A DNA stretch of 63,965 nucleotides, filler included, from Reticulomyxa filosa (taxonomy: Eukaryota > Protista > Foraminifera), in assembly GCA_000512085.1 (NCBI GenBank). It is 20 parts of 20 records of this genome, joined end to end, with 100 filler letters (N's around TTAATTAATTAA, not from the genome) between each part and the next. Parts side by side here need not be neighbours in the genome. Positions count along the whole stretch, not along the records: positions 62,963 to 63,965 come from ASPP01015944.1; 19 more parts are not named here. One strand, 5' to 3'. Under the pieces are notes generated by a model. The model was not told the DNA's origin and made no database searches. It worked only from the letters and a program-made list of their open reading frames with translations. Shown here piece by piece: positions 63,010 through 63,965 of the stretch. The translations under genes and the position numbers were made by a program. Position 1 is the stretch's first letter, and every line of letters starts with the position of its first letter.

Positions 63010-63965
63010 GTGAATTCATAGAACAGAGAAACAAAAATCAAACTGGTTCATTTTCAACAGTGTCTTCGATAAGTTGGATGAAATGAGAGTCGATGTACGA
63101 GTGCCAGGAGCCATTGTCGTCTTGCCACTCTGAAAACAAACAAATAAATAAATATATATGTACATATATGTAAATATTTATTTATTTGACATAATACCCC
63201 AAGTAATATCATTCAATTCTTTCAATTGAGACTGAGCTTCCTTGAATTTTTTCAATAGCTCTTGATAGTGAGTCGATGCTATTGCATCTGTTGTGCATTT
63301 GTGTCAATGTTTTTTTTTTTTTTTTAGTTACAACAAATCAAATCAAATCAAATCAAATAAAAATACACAAACCATTCATGTAACGTCGTCTACAATTCCT
63401 TTGAATTTTCGTTTGTTTGTTGATTTGTATGGCACTGAAGTTATCCAATTTTTTTACATCGTACTTATTATCGAGACTTATCTACACATATTTATTGTTA
63501 TTGTTATTCAGCTATCAATGCTCTCTTTTTTTTTTTTTTAAACAAACACAAATCCAAATAAGATAACAGTCTGTCCGGGTTTGATTCCTTCGATTTTCTC
63601 AATCGATTCCCTGTCGTACGGCTTGAACTCACCGTTGTTTTCGCACCATTCCTGTAAGCACCAGCAAACAAACATGCAAGCGTGCGTGGACTTAAAACGT
63701 TAACTAATCGGCATTGGCTGTGTTAAGCTTACCCAGACAACCGTAGGCGCATCGGCATCCTTCTCTTCGGTATCGTTCATGTTTGACTCTTGTGAGGAAA
63801 AGAAATTAAAATCGAAAGTGAGATCAAAATCATTTTTGTTTCGCTTGTCATTGGAATCCAAATTATTGATATTATTGATATTATTGATATTATTGATATC
63901 ATTGATGTTATTGTGATTGACATTAGTAGAGTCATTGTTCTTTTCAGCTTCTTTCGTTCTGTGTA
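63010..63965 (-). CDS. Tandem WWE-domain protein (partial, multi-exon)
   Basis: VVW|EWCENNGEFKPYD..SIEKIE...KYDV...AIQINKQTKIQRNCRRR and ITW|EWQDDNGSWHSY...QLIE. Confidence 0.75.

Noticed and set aside
1-63965. Functional clustering among genes on different contigs (e.g. telobox with RPA, or bacterial genes with host genes)
   Set aside because: Contig order is artificial.

Overview
This window is not one continuous locus. It is 20 short contigs joined by an artificial 100-bp linker (N44-TTAATTAATTAA-N44, 19 copies), so adjacency across linkers means nothing. Nineteen contigs are AT-rich, intron-rich eukaryotic DNA with microsatellites, poly-Asn/Gln proteins, expanded WD40 and Kelch-like families, many pseudogenes and homopolymer frameshifts. 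By inference this fits a foraminiferan (Reticulomyxa filosa-like) draft assembly. One contig (3923-5383) is GC-rich bacterial DNA with an isochorismatase and an IlvD/Edd dehydratase. Recognisable eukaryotic genes: telobox-type Myb, EF-hand protein, DHHC palmitoyltransferase, WD40 genes, glutamyl-tRNA synthetase, Prp16 N-terminus, SPRY protein, TrmO, URC1-type GTP cyclohydrolase II, Ser/Thr kinase, 7TM-RGS, RPA1 C-terminus, nocturnin-like EEP, SAM/U-box protein and a tandem WWE protein. A decayed RLE-type non-LTR retrotransposon is also present. Four signals stand out: (1) a ~53-bp array whose conserved blocks are direct repeats but whose variable segments are nested reverse complements with covarying hairpins; (2) introns with poly-A acceptor tracts and long near-perfect palindromes; (3) a short helical 'HW..GWI.DFDK..Y' module shared by several propeller/SPRY genes; (4) an uncharacterised 'WEDxxR..GPxISDMT' family gene. 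All family calls come from motif recognition by eye; no searches were run.
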